Shown: piece after piece, positions 24,825 through 39,091 of the stretch
Numbering within the stretch: position 1 is the first letter of the stretch
Layout: every line of letters starts with the position of its first letter
Assembly (NCBI RefSeq): GCF_018350175.1
Contig: NC_058369.1
Span: 24,864,001-24,928,000, forward strand
Origin: Felis catus
Taxonomy: Eukaryota
Reading direction: 5' to 3'
Length of the DNA: 64,000 nucleotides
The notes under the pieces: generated by a model
Told to the model about the DNA's origin: nothing
Seen by the model: the letters and a program-made list of their open reading frames with translations, nothing else
Databases searched by the model: none
Position numbers and translations under genes: made by a program

Positions 24825-26650
24825 AGAAACACCCCTGACTCTCACCTCCACATTCTACATAAAAGAATAAGATAAGAATTACCACAGGCTTCTTGTCAGA
24901 AACTATGCAAACCAGAAAATAATGCAATTTCATCTTTAAAGTGCTGAAAGAAAAAAAAATATTGGACTAGAATTCTATGTCCAATGAAAATATCCTTTAA
25001 AAACTAAGGCAAAATTAGGGGCCCCTGGGTGGCTCAGTAGGTTGAGCATCTGACTTAGGCTCAGGTCATGATCTTGTGGTTTGTGAGTTCGAGCCCCACA
25101 TTGGGCTCTGTGCTGACAGCTTGGAGTCTGGAGCCTGCTTCGGATTCTGTGTCTCCCTCTCTCTCTGCCCCTCCCCAACTCGAGCTCTGCCTGTCTGTTT
25201 CTCAAAATAAATAAAGATTAAAAAAAAAAAACTAAAGCAAAATTAAAGACATTTTCCAACAAAAACCGAAAGAATTTGTTACTAGTAGACTGCCAATAAA
25301 AGAAGTTCTTCAGATTGAAATAAGATGATAACAAAGGAAATCTTGATATACACAAAGGAAGTAAAAGTACTACAAATAGTAAATAAGTGCATAAATGTAA
25401 CATGATTTTATGTAACTTATTTCTTTAGAAGATAAATACCTTTATTAAGAAAAAATGACAACACATTGTAGGGTTTTAACATAAGGAAACAAATGTATAA
25501 CAACAGTAGCACAGAGAGTGGAGAAGGGGAAACGGAAGTGTACTGGTAATAGTTTCCTAAATTATAAATGAAACAGTATAATATTATTTCATGGTAGACT
25601 ATGATAAAACTTAGGATAAGGTTGTAATAATAATCACTACCAAAAGAGAGAGAGAGCGAGAGCGAGAGAGAGAGACAGAAAGAGAGAGAATAATTAATAA
25701 GTCAATAAGGGAGATAAAATGAAATATTAAAAAATTACTAAATCTAAAGGTAGAAAAAAGGAAAGAACAAATGCTATGTAAACAAAAAAAGTAACAAGAT
25801 GGTAGACCTATAATGAAGTATATTGATAATTACATTAAGTATACAGGGTATAAAACCTCCAATTAAAAGACAGAGATTGTCAGGCTAGGTTAAAAAAAAA
25901 GTGAGACCCATAATGCCTTTTGCAAGAAACCTATCTAAATAAAAAGACATATGGATTAAAAGATGTGATGACAAAAGGTATATATGCACTAATCAGAAGA
26001 AAGCTAGAGTCGTTATATTAATATTAAAAAGAGACTTTAGAATGAGGAACATTACCAGAGATAATGAGGACATTTCATGATAAAAGGGTTAATTCATCCA
26101 GAAGATACAATAATCCTAAATGTGTTTGCACCCAATAACAAAGCTTCAAAATACATACACAAAAACTTATAGAACTAAAAGGAAAAACAGATAAATCCAA
26201 AATTGTACTTAGAAATTTGAATGCTTTTTGTGAAAGTTTATTTGTTCATTTATTTATTTATTTATTTATTTAAAGTGCAAGTCAGGGAAGGGTTGGCGGG
26301 GGGGATGCGGAGAATTCTAAGCAAGCTCCACACTATCAGTGCAGAGTCCAATGTGGGGCTTGAACTCATGAAGTGAGAGGTCATGACCTGAGCCAAAGTT
26401 AGACGCTTAACCAACCAAGCACACCAGAAGCCCCTGAATACTTTAAAAAAAAAATTAATTGATATAAAAGTTGGACAGGAAACCAACATTGATATAGAAT
26501 ACTTAAACAGCACTCTAAACCAACTTCAACTGATTGACATCCTACCCAATGCTATCCGAGTTCACATTCATTTCAAACACACATGAAACATTCACCAAGA
26601 TAGACCATATGTTGGGATATAAAACAATTCTCAATAGATTTTTAAGGATT
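23500..26650 (+). mobile_element. Old L1M (ORF1/early ORF2 remnants) with SINE insertions; continues at ~30515-32240
   Basis: Degenerate A-rich L1 motifs (ETFTKIDHMLGYKTILNRF-like endonuclease-domain end; ttttccaaattttgtgaaa; catgtcataatcaaattg). Confidence 0.7.
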
Positions 26651-26767
26651 AAAAATGATACTCTAAGGGGTGCCTGCCTGGCTCAGTTAGTACAACATGT
26701 GACTCGATCTTGGGGCTGAAGGTCAAGCCTCATGTTGGATGTGGAGATTACTTAAAAATAAAATCTT

Positions 26768-26794
26768 TAGTATATGTGCTGCTGAAGTGAGCAC
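26768..26794 (-). pseudogene. 3'-truncated U6 snRNA retrocopy (U6 nt 1-27)
   Basis: Reverse complement gtgctcacttcagcagcacatatacta vs U6 GTGCTCGCTTCGGCAGCACATATACTA (2 CpG-type mismatches); perfect 14-bp TSD aaaaataaaatctt at 26754-26767 and 26795-26808. Confidence 0.88.
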
Positions 26795-26874
26795 AAAAAT
26801 AAAATCTTAAAAACAAACAAAGAAACAAACAAACAAAACACACGGATTCCCAGGAGAATTCTACCAGATATTTA

Positions 26875-27110
26875 TTATTATTTTTTTTAAACATTTTTTT
26901 TTCAACGTTTTTTATTTATTTTTGGGACAGAGAGAGACAGAGCATGAACGGGGGAGGGGCAGAGAGAGAGAGGGAGACACAGAATCGGAAACAGGCTCCA
27001 GGCTCTGAGCCATCAGCCCAGAGCCTGACGCGGGGCTCGAACTCACGGACCGCGAGATCGTGCCCTGGCTGAAGTCGGACCCTTAACCGACTGCGCCACC
27101 CAGGCGCCCC
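26875..27110 (-). mobile_element. Young felid Can-SINE inside L1
   Basis: TSD tctaccagatattta 26860-26874/27111-27125. Confidence 0.95.
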
Positions 27111-27263
27111 TCTACCAGATATTTAAAGAAGAGTTAATACCTATTCTTTTGAAGCTGTTCCAAAAAATAGGAATGGAAGGAAAACTTCCAAACTCCTTTT
27201 ATGAGGCCAGCATTACCTCGATTCTAAAACTAGACAAAGACGCCATTAAAAAGGAGAATTACA

Positions 27264-27493
27264 GGGGCGCCTGGGTGGCTCAGTCGGTTAAGCATCCGAC
27301 TTCAGCTCAGGTCATGATCTCACAGACCGTGAGTTCGAGCCCCGCGTCGGGCTCTGGGCTGATGGCTCAGAGCCTGGAGCCTGCTTCCGATTCTGTGTCT
27401 CCCTCTCTCTCTGCCCCTCCCCCATTCATGCTCTGTCTCTCTCTGTCCCCAAAATAAATAAACGTTAAAAAAATATAAAATAAAATAAAATAA
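27264..27493 (+). mobile_element. Felid Can-SINE inside L1
   Basis: TSD aaaaaggagaattaca on both flanks. Confidence 0.93.
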
Positions 27494-30400
27494 AAAAAGG
27501 AGAATTACAGGCCAATATCCCTGATGAACATGGATGCAAAAGTTCTCAACAAGATACTAGCTAACTGAATCCAATAGTATATTAAAAGAATTATTCACCA
27601 CAATCAAGTAGGATTTTTTCCTGGGCTGCAGGTTTGGTTCAATATTCACAAATCAATCAATGTGACACACCACATTAATAAAAGAAAGGATAAGAACCAT
27701 ACAATCCTCTCAATAGATGCAGAAAAAGCCTTTGACCAAATACAGCATCCATTCTTGATAAAAGCCTCAACAAAGTAAGGATAGATGGAACATACCTCAA
27801 CATCATAAGGCCATATGCAAAAGACCCACAGCTAATAGCATCTTCAATGAGGAAAAACTGAGAGCTTTTCCTCTATGGTCAGGAATAAAACAGGCATGTC
27901 TACCTTCACCACTACTATTTAACATAGTACGGGAAGTCTTGCCTCAGCAATCAGACAACAAAAAGAAATAAATGGCATCCAAATCAGCAAGGAAGAAGTC
28001 AAATTTTCACTATTTGCAGATGACATGATACTCTATGTAGAAAATCTGAAAGACTCCACAAAAAAATTGCTGGAACTAATACATGAATTCAGCAAAGTTA
28101 CAAGATATAAAATCAACACACAGAAATCAGTTGCATTTCGGTACACTAATAATGAAGCAACAGAAAAAGAAATCAAGGAATCAATCCCATTTACAATTGC
28201 ACCAAAACCATAAGAAACCTAGGAATAAACGTAACCAAAGAGGTAAAAGACATGTACTCTGAAAACTGTAAAACACTTAAGAAGGAAATTGAAGAGTACA
28301 CAAAGAAATGGAAAAGTATTCTATGTTCATGGATTAGAAGAACAAACATTGTTAAAATGTCATTACTACCCAAAGCAACCTATACATTTAGTGCAATCCC
28401 TATCAAAATACCACCAGCATTTTTCACAGAGCTAAAACAAACAATCCTTAAATTTGTATGAAACCAGGGGCACCTGGGTGGCTCAGTCAGTTGGGTGTCC
28501 GACTTCAGCTCAGATCATGATCTCGTGGTCCATGGGTTCGAGCCCCAAGTCGGGCTCTGTGCTGACAGCTCAGAGCCTGGAGCCTGCTTCTGATTCTGTG
28601 TCTCCCTCTCTCTGGCCCTCCCCCGCTCACACTCTATCTCTCAAAAATAAATAAACATTAAAAAATTTTTAAAAAATTGTACGGAACCAAAAAAGATCCC
28701 AAATAGCCAAAGCAACCCTGAAAAAGAAAAGCACAGCTGAAGGCATCATGATTCTGGACTTCAAGCTATATTACAAAGCTGTAGTCATCAAGACAGTATC
28801 GTTCTGGCACAAAACAGACACACAGATCAATGAAACAGAAGAGAAAACCCAGAAATGGACCCACAGCTATATGGTCAATGAATCTTCGACAAAGCAGGAA
28901 AGAATATCCAATGGAAAAAAGACAGTCTCTTCAACAAATGGTGCTGGGAAAATTGGACAGCAACATGCAGAAGAGTGAAACTGGACCACTTTCTTATACC
29001 ATACACAAATAAATTAAAAATGGATGAAAGACCTGAATGTGAGACAGGAAACCAGCAAAATCCTAGAGGAGAACACAGGCTACTGCCTCTTTGACCTTGG
29101 CCATCACAACTTCTTACAAGACACATTGCTAGAGGCAAGAAAACAAAAGCAAACATGAACTATTGGGACTTCATCAAGATAAAAAGCTTCTGCATCACAA
29201 AGGAAATAACAAAATCAAAAGGAAGCCTATGGGATGGGAGAAGATATTTGCAAATGACATTTCTGATAAAGAGTTAGTATCCAAAATACATAAAGAACTT
29301 AGCAAACTCAACACCCCAAAAAACAAATAATCCAGTTAAGGAATGGGCAAAACACATGAATAGACATTTTCAAAAGAAGACATCCAGATGGCTAACAGAC
29401 ACATGAAAAGATACTCAACAACACTCATCATCAGGGATATACAAATCAAAACTACAATGAGGGGTGCCTGGGTGGCTCAGTCAGTTGAGTGTCCAACTCG
29501 ATTTCGGCTCAGGTCATGATCCCAGGATTGAGCCCTGTGTTGGGCTCCCTGATAAGCAATCTCTCTGCTTGAGACCTCTGCCCCTATCCCCCTCTTGCTC
29601 TCTCTAAAATAAAATTAAAACCCCACAATGAGATATCACCTCATACCTGTCAGAATGGCTAAAATTAACAACACAAGAAACAACAGGTATTGACGAGGAT
29701 GTGGACAGAGGGGAACCTTCCTGCACTGTTGGTGGGAATGCAAACTGGTACAGCCACTCTAAAAAACAGTGTGGAGGTTCCTCAAAAAGTTAGAAATAGA
29801 ACTACCCTGTGATTCAGCAATTGCACTACTAGGTATTTACCCAAAGGATACAAAAATACAGATTCAAAGGGGTACATGCACCCCGATGTTTATAGCACAT
29901 TATCAACAATAGCCAAACTACAGAAAGAGCCCAAATGTCCATTGACTCATGAATGGATAAAGAAGATGTGGTTATTGGATAAAAGAAGATGTGGTGTGTG
30001 TGTGTGTGTGTGTGTATACACATATATATGTATATTTCATCATATTCCATATAACCATTCCATATAATGGAATATTACTCAGCCATCAAAAGAATGAAAT
30101 CTTGCAACGATGTGGATGGAGCTACAGTGTACAGTATTTTGCTAAGCAAAATAAGTCAGGCAGAGAAACACGAAGACCATATGATTTCATTCATATGTGG
30201 AATGTAAGAAACAAAACATGAACATATGGGAGGGAAAGAAAGAGAGAGGGAAACAAACCATAAGAGACTCTAAAGATAGAGAACAAACTGAGGGTTGATG
30301 GAGGGAGATGGGTGGGGAAGGGGCTAGATGGGTGATGTGTATTAAGGAGGGCACTAGTTATGATGAACACTGGATGTTGTAAGTGATGAATCACTTAATT

Positions 30401-30514
30401 CTACTCCTGAAACCAATGTTGCAATATATTAACTAACCAATATGTTAACTAACTACAATTGTAAATAAAAAATTGAAAAAATAAAATAAAATAGAAAAAA
30501 AAGGATACTCTAAG

Positions 30515-32240
30515 ACCAAGTAGTGTAGATCCTAGGAATGTGAAGCTGGTTTAATTTAATGTTAGAAAATTAATATAATTCATCACATTAAAATAAAAAG
30601 GGGAACCATATGATCACCTCAATAAATTAAATAACTTTTGATAAAATTCAACATGATTCAAGATATAAAAACAAGCAAAATAATTTCTCAGCAAATTAGG
30701 AGAGAGAAAACTTAATCTGATATATTCAAAGGACCTATTCAAAGACAAAAATATATATAGACAAAAAACATGTCCATTGATTGAAAGACACAATATTATT
30801 GGGGCACCTGGATGGCTCAGTCGGTTAAGCATCTGACTCTTGACTTCGGCTCGGGTCATGATCTCACGGTTCGTGAGTCTGAGCCCTGCATCAGGCTCTG
30901 TGCTGACAGGTCAGTGCCTGGAGCCTGCTTTAGATTCTGTGTCTCCCTTTCTCTCTGCTCCTCCCCCACTCATGCTCTTTCTCTCTCTCAAAAATAAATA
31001 AACATTAAAAATTAAGAAAAAAAGAAAAACACAATATTATTAAAATGTAATTTTCCTTGAATTGATCTTAATTAATACAATACCAGTCAAAATCTCAGCA
31101 CGTTTTTTGTAAAAATTGATAAGCTTACTCTAAAATTTATTTGGAAAAAAACAGAGGATTTAAAATAGCCAAAGTAATCATGAAAAAACAAGAAAAAAAA
31201 TGTTTAGACTATCCAATTTTAAGAAGTGCCATAAAGCTACAAGAATCAAGGCTATGTAATATCAATGGAAGGATAGTCATTTGCAAAGCAAAAACTCGAT
31301 AAAGGACTTGCTTCTATAATATATAAAGAGCTCTCAGAACTCAATATTGAGAACACAAATAACCCTATGAAAATGGGCAAAATATTTGAACAAACACTTC
31401 ACAAAAGTAGATATGAGGATGTCCTATAAAGAACATGAAAAGAATCTCAACATTATTAGTAATTAGGGAAATACAGTGAAAATCGCTATCAGATATGGTG
31501 ACAAGCCTACCAGTATCATGAGAGAGGGAGAAACAGCTAAACAATACCATGTGTTTTTGAGGACATAGAGTAACTGAGATTTACTCCTGGGAATATAAAA
31601 TGATACAATCATATGGAAAATAATTGAGAAGTTTTTTATAAAGCTAAATGTACCCCATCAATTGTACTAATTTACCCAACAGAAATGAAAATACAGATCT
31701 ATACGAAGACTTGCATGTGAATGTTTACAGCAACTTCGGTTATAAGCCCATCAACATGTGAATGCATAAACAAATTTTGGTATATTCATATCATAGAATA
31801 CTATTCATCAACAAAATGCTGATGGATATATACATTCATACATGTATCTACATCCATATACTCCAATAAGAATGTGCAATTGGTATATATGACAACCTGA
31901 ATATTAAAAATGTTGTGATGAGGGAAAGTAGCCAAACACAAAAGAATACATACTACTTTGTTCCAGCTATATGAAACTCTAGACAAGTAAAACCTAAGCT
32001 ATAGCAACAGAAAAAAGAATAAACTGGAGTCAATGGCAGTATGGGGAGTAGGTGAAGGTATTGACTGGGAAGGAGCACAAGGGAATCTTTTGGAATAATG
32101 GAAAAGTTTTACATCTTTACTGTGGTTGTGGTTACATGAGTGTAAATGTTTTTCCAAAGTCAGTGAGCAGTACACTTAAGATGGGTTCTTTTGCATGTAT
32201 GTAAAGTATACCTCATTAATATGATTCAAAGCGAAAAATA
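30515..32240 (+). mobile_element. Old L1M ORF2/3' UTR remnants
   Basis: Degenerate L1 ORF2 and L1M 3' UTR motifs (ggaaggagcacaagggaatcttttgg...). Confidence 0.65.
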
Positions 32241-32449
32241 AATCTTTGCCTAGTCCGGTAGATTGCAAACCAAATGCTGACAGACTAGACATCCCTGACT
32301 CAGTCACTTGTAGTGCCACTTGATATCTCATAGGAGACTCCAGTTTAACACGTGCAAACTGGAACTCCTGGTGTTCTCTCTCAGTCATGCTTCTCCTTCA
32401 GCACCGGCTATTCAAGCTCCACATTGCAGCTAGGCCATCTTGTAACTCA

Positions 32450-35400
32450 AGTTTTTACTGACATAATTGTGAATTTACCTGCAGTTGTAACAAATAATAC
32501 AAAGAGTTGGCCATTCACCTAGTTTACCCCAATGGTAACATTTTGTAAAACTATAGAACAGTACATAACCAGGATATTCACATTGATATCATATGCCAAT
32601 CTTACTCAGATTTTCCAGTTTAATTTACACTTAATTGGATGTGTGTGATGCCAATGTTTTTTTGTTTTTGTTTTTGTTTTTGTTTTTAAGTCTTACAGGT
32701 TCCTGGAGCTCTGTTAACTTCTTTCTATTTTCTCTCTATGGTTCGGGTAAATTCTTTTGATCTTCCGTAGAGTTTCTGATCCTATTGTCTATCATCTCCA
32801 CTTTACTATCAAGCCAAAAGCATTTTTTTTTGTTTAACTTCTTTGTATTTTCGCGTTCTATACTTTCTACTTGATAACTTTTCATGTCAAGTTCTATTTC
32901 TTTGCTCAGATTTTTCTGTTTTTAAAATTTGTTTCAAGAGAATTTGCAATAGATTTTTGAAGCATTTTTATGATGGCTGATTTAAAATCCTGGTCAGATG
33001 TTGCCAGTATTTGACATATTGATTGATGTTGGCATCAACTGATTGGTTTTCTTAAGTTGTAATTTTCCTGGCTTTTGGTATGATAGGTGATTGTTTTATT
33101 GCATCCTAAGCATTCTTTTTTTAAAATTATGTTGGGAGGATAGGTGCTATTTAAATATTTTATTTCAGCAGGCAGTGACTCTAGGTTTAGCATGCAGGTC
33201 TTCACCCAATTTGGGGGGCTGTGGTTCCAAAGGCAGGTTAATTTTCTGAGTGATAAAATTTCTGGAGCTGATGGGGCTCCCACTGGTTCTTGCTGGTGCT
33301 GAAGAGGCGGAGGGTGTTTCCCAGGCTGGACCACCAGGTGTCTCTGAGTGGAGGAGGTGAGTCTAAGGCCCATGGGAACAAAGACGCTTCCTGGGCTGGC
33401 CACTTGTTGCAGCAGAGTCCCTCTTGCCAGTGCTACCTGGTTACTCTAGTATCTCTTGGTGGGGGAGGGTTGCCTCAGACGTGGTGGGAAAGGAATGCCT
33501 TCCTGGCACTTACTGTTAGGGCTCCCGATTGGTCCCTATTGCAGGTAGTGCTGAGTTCACCCGGTGTTGACAGAGGGACTTCAACACCCTCTGTCTGTTT
33601 GATCTGGAGGTGGACTGAACCTACCTGGGCTGCTTCCCATTCCTGCGTCAGGAAATGCTGGCGTGGGCCACCTTCAGTTGAGTGGAAGACACCCTGCCAC
33701 TGTGCTGTTCCTCTAGTTCTGAGGTCCAAAACCAGTTCACCTTTCTATTACTACCCTTCAGAGTTCTCCTGTGGTTGCCTCTTGTGTTATTTTCAGGGTT
33801 TATTGTTGTACTTAGTAGGGAATAACAGGGAGGAATGATTCTATATCATCTTATTTCACCAGAAATCTGGTTAATCTTTTATTTTGTTACTTTTAAAATG
33901 TTTATTAATTTATTTATTTTGGAGGGGGCAGAGAGAGGGAGAAAGAGAATCCCAATTAGGCTCAGCGCTGTCAGCACAGAGCCCAATGCGGTGCTCGATC
34001 TCACAAATCATGAGATCATGACCTGAGCTGAAATCAAGAGTCAGACACTTAACATACTGAACCACCCAGGTGCCTCTTATTATTTTTAATTGTGGTAAAA
34101 AACACAGAACATAAGTTTTACTGTCTTACCCATTTTCAAGTGTGCAGGTCAGTAGTGTTAAATATGTTTATGTCATTGTACAACAGAGCTCTAAAACTTT
34201 TTCATTTTGCAAAACTAAAACTCTATGCCCATTAAACAACAACTTCCATTTCCCTCTCCCCCTAGCTCCTGGGTACCAACATTCTACTTTCTGTTTCTAT
34301 GAATTTCTATGAATTTCTCAATACCTCGTATAAGTGGAATCATGTAGTATCTGTCTTTTTGTGGCTGGCATAGCTCATTTAGTATAATGTCCTCAAGTTT
34401 ATCCATGTTGTAGCATGTGACAGGATTTCTTTCCTTTGTAAGGCTGAATAATATTCCATTGTGTATATATACCACATTTTGTTTATCCACTCATCTATTT
34501 ATAGACTTGGGTTCCTTCCACTTCTTTATTGTTAATAATGCTACAGTGAACGTGGTTGTGGTATCACTACCTCTTCAAGACTCTGCTTTCAATTCTTTTG
34601 TATATATACCCAAAGTGTGGGATTGCTGGAACATATGGAAATTCTATTTTAATTTTTTTGAGGAACCACCTTACTGTTTTCCATAGCAGCTGCACCATTT
34701 TACATCCCCACCAACAGTGCAGAAGTGTTTCAATTTCTCCACATCCTTACTAATATCTTTTTTTTTTTAAATAATAGACATCCTAATGTTATCATTGAGG
34801 TTTTGAACTGCATTTCTCTACTAATTAGAGATACTGAGCATCTTTTTAAATTTTTTTTTTTCAACGTTTATTTATTTTTGGGACAGAGAGAGACAGAGCA
34901 TGAACGGGGGAGGGGCAGAGAGAGAGGGAGACACAGAATCGGAAACAGGCTCCAGGCTCTGAGCCATCAGCCCAGAGCCTGACGCGGGGCTCGAACTCAC
35001 GGACCGCGAGATCGTGACCTGGCTGAAGTCGGACGCTTAACCGACTGTGCCACCCAGGCGCCCCATGAGCATCTTTTTATATGCTGTTTGTTATAGTCTT
35101 TTTAATTCCAGATTTATAATAGGTGAATAGTGGCATCTCATTGTGGTACTAACTTTCATTCACCTCATGACTAGTGATGTTGAGCATTTTTAATGTGCTT
35201 ATTTGCCATGTATATATCTTTTTTGTCAAGCGTCTGTGAAAATCTTTGGTCCATTTTTATTTATTGTTTTTTAGTCCATTTAAAAATTTTAATTCCAGTA
35301 CAGCATTCAATGTTTCAGGTACAGAATACAGTGATTCAACAATTCTATATATTACTCACGCTCATTGATAAGTATACTCCTAATCTCCTTCATTTATTTC

Positions 35401-37760
35401 ACCCATCCCCTGCCAACCTCCTCTTTGGTAGTCATTTGTGTGTTCTCTATAGTTAAGAATCTATTTTTTGATTTGTCTCCTTTTTCCACTTTGTTTGGTT
35501 TGTTTCTTAAATTCTACATATTAGTGAAATCATATGGTTTCTCTGATTGACTTATTTCAGTTAACATTATACTCTCTAGCTCTATCCATGTTTTTGAGAC
35601 AGAGAGACAGACAGACAGGGTAGAGAGAGAGGGAGACACAGAATCTGAAGCAGGCTCCAGGCTCTGAGCTGTCAGCACAGAGCCTGATGTGAGGCTTGAA
35701 CCCATGAACTGTGAGATCGCGACCTGAGCCAGAGTCACACGCTTAACTGACCGAGCTACCCAGGCACCCCCCAAATACTTCTTTTAATATTGGGATGATC
35801 ATGTGTTCCCCACCTTTTTTCTTTTTTTTAACGTGATGAATTATATTGACTAATTTTGGATGTGAAATTAACCATTAGTATCATTTTCCTTCTGCCTCAA
35901 GGACTTCTTTTAACATTTCTTGTAGTTTTGGTCTCCTGGTAAGATACTCTTACAGTTTTTTTATGTTAGAAAATAATTTTGCTTTTAAAAGATATATTCA
36001 CTGGGTATGGAATTCCATGTTCAGTTATATTTCTTTCAGTAATTTAAAGATATCACTCAGTGTGTTCTTGCTTGCCTTGTTTCCAATAAGAAATCTTTTG
36101 TCATCCTTAGCTTTGCTCCTTTGTATGTACCATGTCTTTCTACTGGCTACTTTTTAACATTTTCTCTTTATCACTGTTTTTTTTTTTTTTTAAGGTTTTA
36201 TTTTTACACCCAATGTGGGACTTGAACTTAAAATTCTGAGATCAAGAGTCACATGCTCTACCAACTGAGCCAGCCAGGCACCCTTTATCACTGGTTTTGA
36301 ACAAGTTGATTATGTTATGCCTTGGGGTAGTTCTATTGTTTCTTATGTATGGGGTTTTGAGCTTCTTGGATCTGTAGGGTAATAGTTTTCATCAAGTTTA
36401 GAAAAATGTTTACAATTATTTCTTCAAATATTTCTTCTGTCTCCTGTCTCCATTCCTTTAGAGACTCCAATTACATGCACATTAGGGTACTTAAAGTTGT
36501 CTTGTGACATACGGGTAGTATTTTTATTTAAAAAATTATCTTTTTTTGCCTGTAAGGCATAATCTGCTATTATTCACATCCAGTGTATCTTTCATCTCAT
36601 ACATGGTAGTTTGCATCTCTAGAAGTTAGATTTGGGTCTTTCTTCATATTTTTCATTTCTCCACTTAACATTAAAAATATGGAACACAGCTATAACTTGT
36701 GATGCACCTACATCTATGTTAGTTCTGGGTTGGTTTTAATTTTTTTTTCCTCCCTCTTCACTTTGGGTTGTCCTTTCCTGCAGGGCTTGTAGCCCTCGAT
36801 TAGATGTCAGACACTGTGAATTTTACCCTGTTAGATGCTGGATAATTTTGTATTTGTATAAACAATTGAGTTTTGTTCTGATATGCAGTTAAGTTACTTG
36901 GAAATGGTTTGATCCTTTTTAGCCTTTCTTTTAAGACTTGTTAGGTGCAAACCAGGCTAGTGTTTAGTGTAGAGGTAATTATTCCCCACTACTGAAAGTA
37001 GGCCCTTCTGAGTACTTTACCCAATTATGATATTCTTCTGGTGTGGTTTGTGGGAATAGGCACTATTCCCAGCACTGTGTGAGTTCCCTCTAATCCTTTT
37101 GGATAGTTTCCCCCACCCTTGGGTAGTTTCTTCACGTGTGTGCACTCATCAGTACTCAGCTGAGCACCTGAGTGTGTCCCTCTATAGACCACCATGGTTC
37201 TCTCTCCAGGCATTGCTCTCTTCTCTGTAGTGTAGCTGCTTTGGTCTCCCAGAATTCTTAGCTATATCTCTTCCACTCAGTGAGTTCACTGGACTCAGTC
37301 TGGGTTCCCACTCTCTGCACTGCTGCCTGAAAACCTTCTCAAGGCCATAGCTGGAGCAATCACAGGGCTCAGTCATTTGCTCTCCCTCTCTCAGGGCCAT
37401 TGTTCTTCAATATCTGATGTTCAGCATCTTTAAAGCCACAGTTTCATATACGCTGCCTTTTTCTTGTTGTTTCAGGTGAAAAGGTAAAACTATCCTTATT
37501 AGTCCAGAATGGCTAGAACTCAATCCTTTAAGGAGATTTATACGATAAGAAGAGTATTTCCTATTTTCCCCACATAGTTGCTTTTTCAGGGCTTTTCTTT
37601 CTGTTGCATGGATCCATACTTCCATCCAGTATCATTTTTCTCTCTTGAAAGAAGGTTCTTTAACATTTCTTGTAGTATAGGTCTGTTGGTTATGAAGTCT
37701 TTTGGCTTTGGGATGTGGCATGCCTGAAAAAGTCCTTGTTTATTTTGTCTTTGTTTTTGA
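32450..37760 (-). mobile_element. Cluster of old minus-strand L1M fragments with nested SINEs and a carnivore L1 3' piece (~35270-35590)
   Basis: T-rich antisense L1 motifs, e.g. aggctgaataatattccattgtgtatatataccacatttt (34441-34480), ttcttcaaatatttcttctg. Confidence 0.7.
34850..35065 (-). mobile_element. Young felid Can-SINE inside L1M
   Basis: Near-consensus; flanked by tgagcatctttt repeats. Confidence 0.93.
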
Positions 37761-39091
37761 AAGATATTTTCCTGTTTCTTCTCATAAAACAATCCACTGA
37801 AATAATAAGAAACAGAAACACAAAATCCAACTTTGATGAGTCCACAAGATCTTTGTATCCTTGAACCACAACATATGAAAATACAATGCAGATGTGGAAT
37901 AACAGTGACAAGAGTGACGATAGCACATGTAGTATAATGTTTATTATGTCAGCCACCAGTATCCGTCAGGGGCTTAGCAGGCTCAGCAGCAGATTCAAAT
38001 TAGGTTAATTCAAGAAGGACTTCATAAAGGGACTTTATGCAATTGTGAGCAGGGTATAAGAATAATGCAGTCTCCTAGGGCTAGTGACAGTAGGGTTGTT
38101 ACCATCCTAGGCTGGCAGGCTTATAGGAACTCAGAGAGGACTCCCTGAGAGGAGCTGTGACTTCCTGTCAAGAGATGCAGTCAGGCCAAGTCAATTCTTT
38201 GAGAGACCTGAGGGCATAAATACTCCAACTTCACTTGCTTCCCTCCCTGATATCATGTGACAACTCCCCTTTGGCCAGAAGCTACAAGGAAGAGAGCCCA
38301 TTGATGAAGTACACATAGATTTCACAGGCACAGAAGGATCAGGGCAGAGAGTGGTTTTGGAGAGGTAAATGAAGATATCTGGCATTACCTTCTTGGACAT
38401 TTAAGCTCCTTTTCTTCTCCCTCAAATCCCATATATTACTATTATTATTGCCTGATTAACAAACAATGCAAGAAGAAAAACTCAACAAAACTATGATGTC
38501 CTGAGTTTACAGTAGTTATTGCCTTCACTAAACAAGAACAAGATGGTCTAAGAATAGGGATGATGATGGAAAAAGGGGGGGAAATTAGCAATAAAAACTG
38601 TGATTGGAGCACCTGGCTGGCTCAGTCAGTAGAGCATGTGACTTTCATCTTGGGGCTGTGAGTTCAAGCCCTACACTGGGTGTAGAGATTACTTAAAAAT
38701 AAAATCTTAAAAAAAACAAAGCCTGTGATAGCTAACCATTTCCCCAAATTAATAGAAGGGTTAGAAGATAACAGTAAGTAAGTTTCCCTGAGACAGAACA
38801 AAATATAAGGAAATAAAAAGTAGGAATAAAGACATAAGAACATTGAAAAACAATCAGGAGTAGAGACCAAATCCACAAAGTTCAACATCTCTCTTTCTGG
38901 AGTTCCTGAAAGAAAAAACAGATAATTGCGGGAAGGAAAATGCCAAAGAAAAAAAAATCTAAAAAAATACTCCTGATTTGCTGGATTAAGAAGACCACTC
39001 ACCCCCCCTTTGAAGTGTGCAGTACAGTGAAAAAGGCCAACATCATATTTTTGAGAAATTCATAACACCAGGTGTAAATTTAAAAGTGAGT

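Larger units (their letters stand above)
26843..30497 (+). mobile_element. 5'-truncated carnivore L1 (ORF2 RT to 3' UTR and A-tail), interrupted by four SINEs
   Basis: ORF2 peptides ([57 protein letters not shown]), L1 3' UTR, AATAAA/A-rich tail ~30465-30497; frameshifted. Confidence 0.92.

Noticed and set aside
27149..29156. RT-like ORF fragments as an active element or novel RT system
   Set aside because: Ordinary frameshifted, SINE-interrupted, 5'-truncated L1 ORF2.
33290..33838. 182-aa ORF
   Set aside because: Lies within old antisense L1-like sequence, with a non-ATG start and no splice or domain support.
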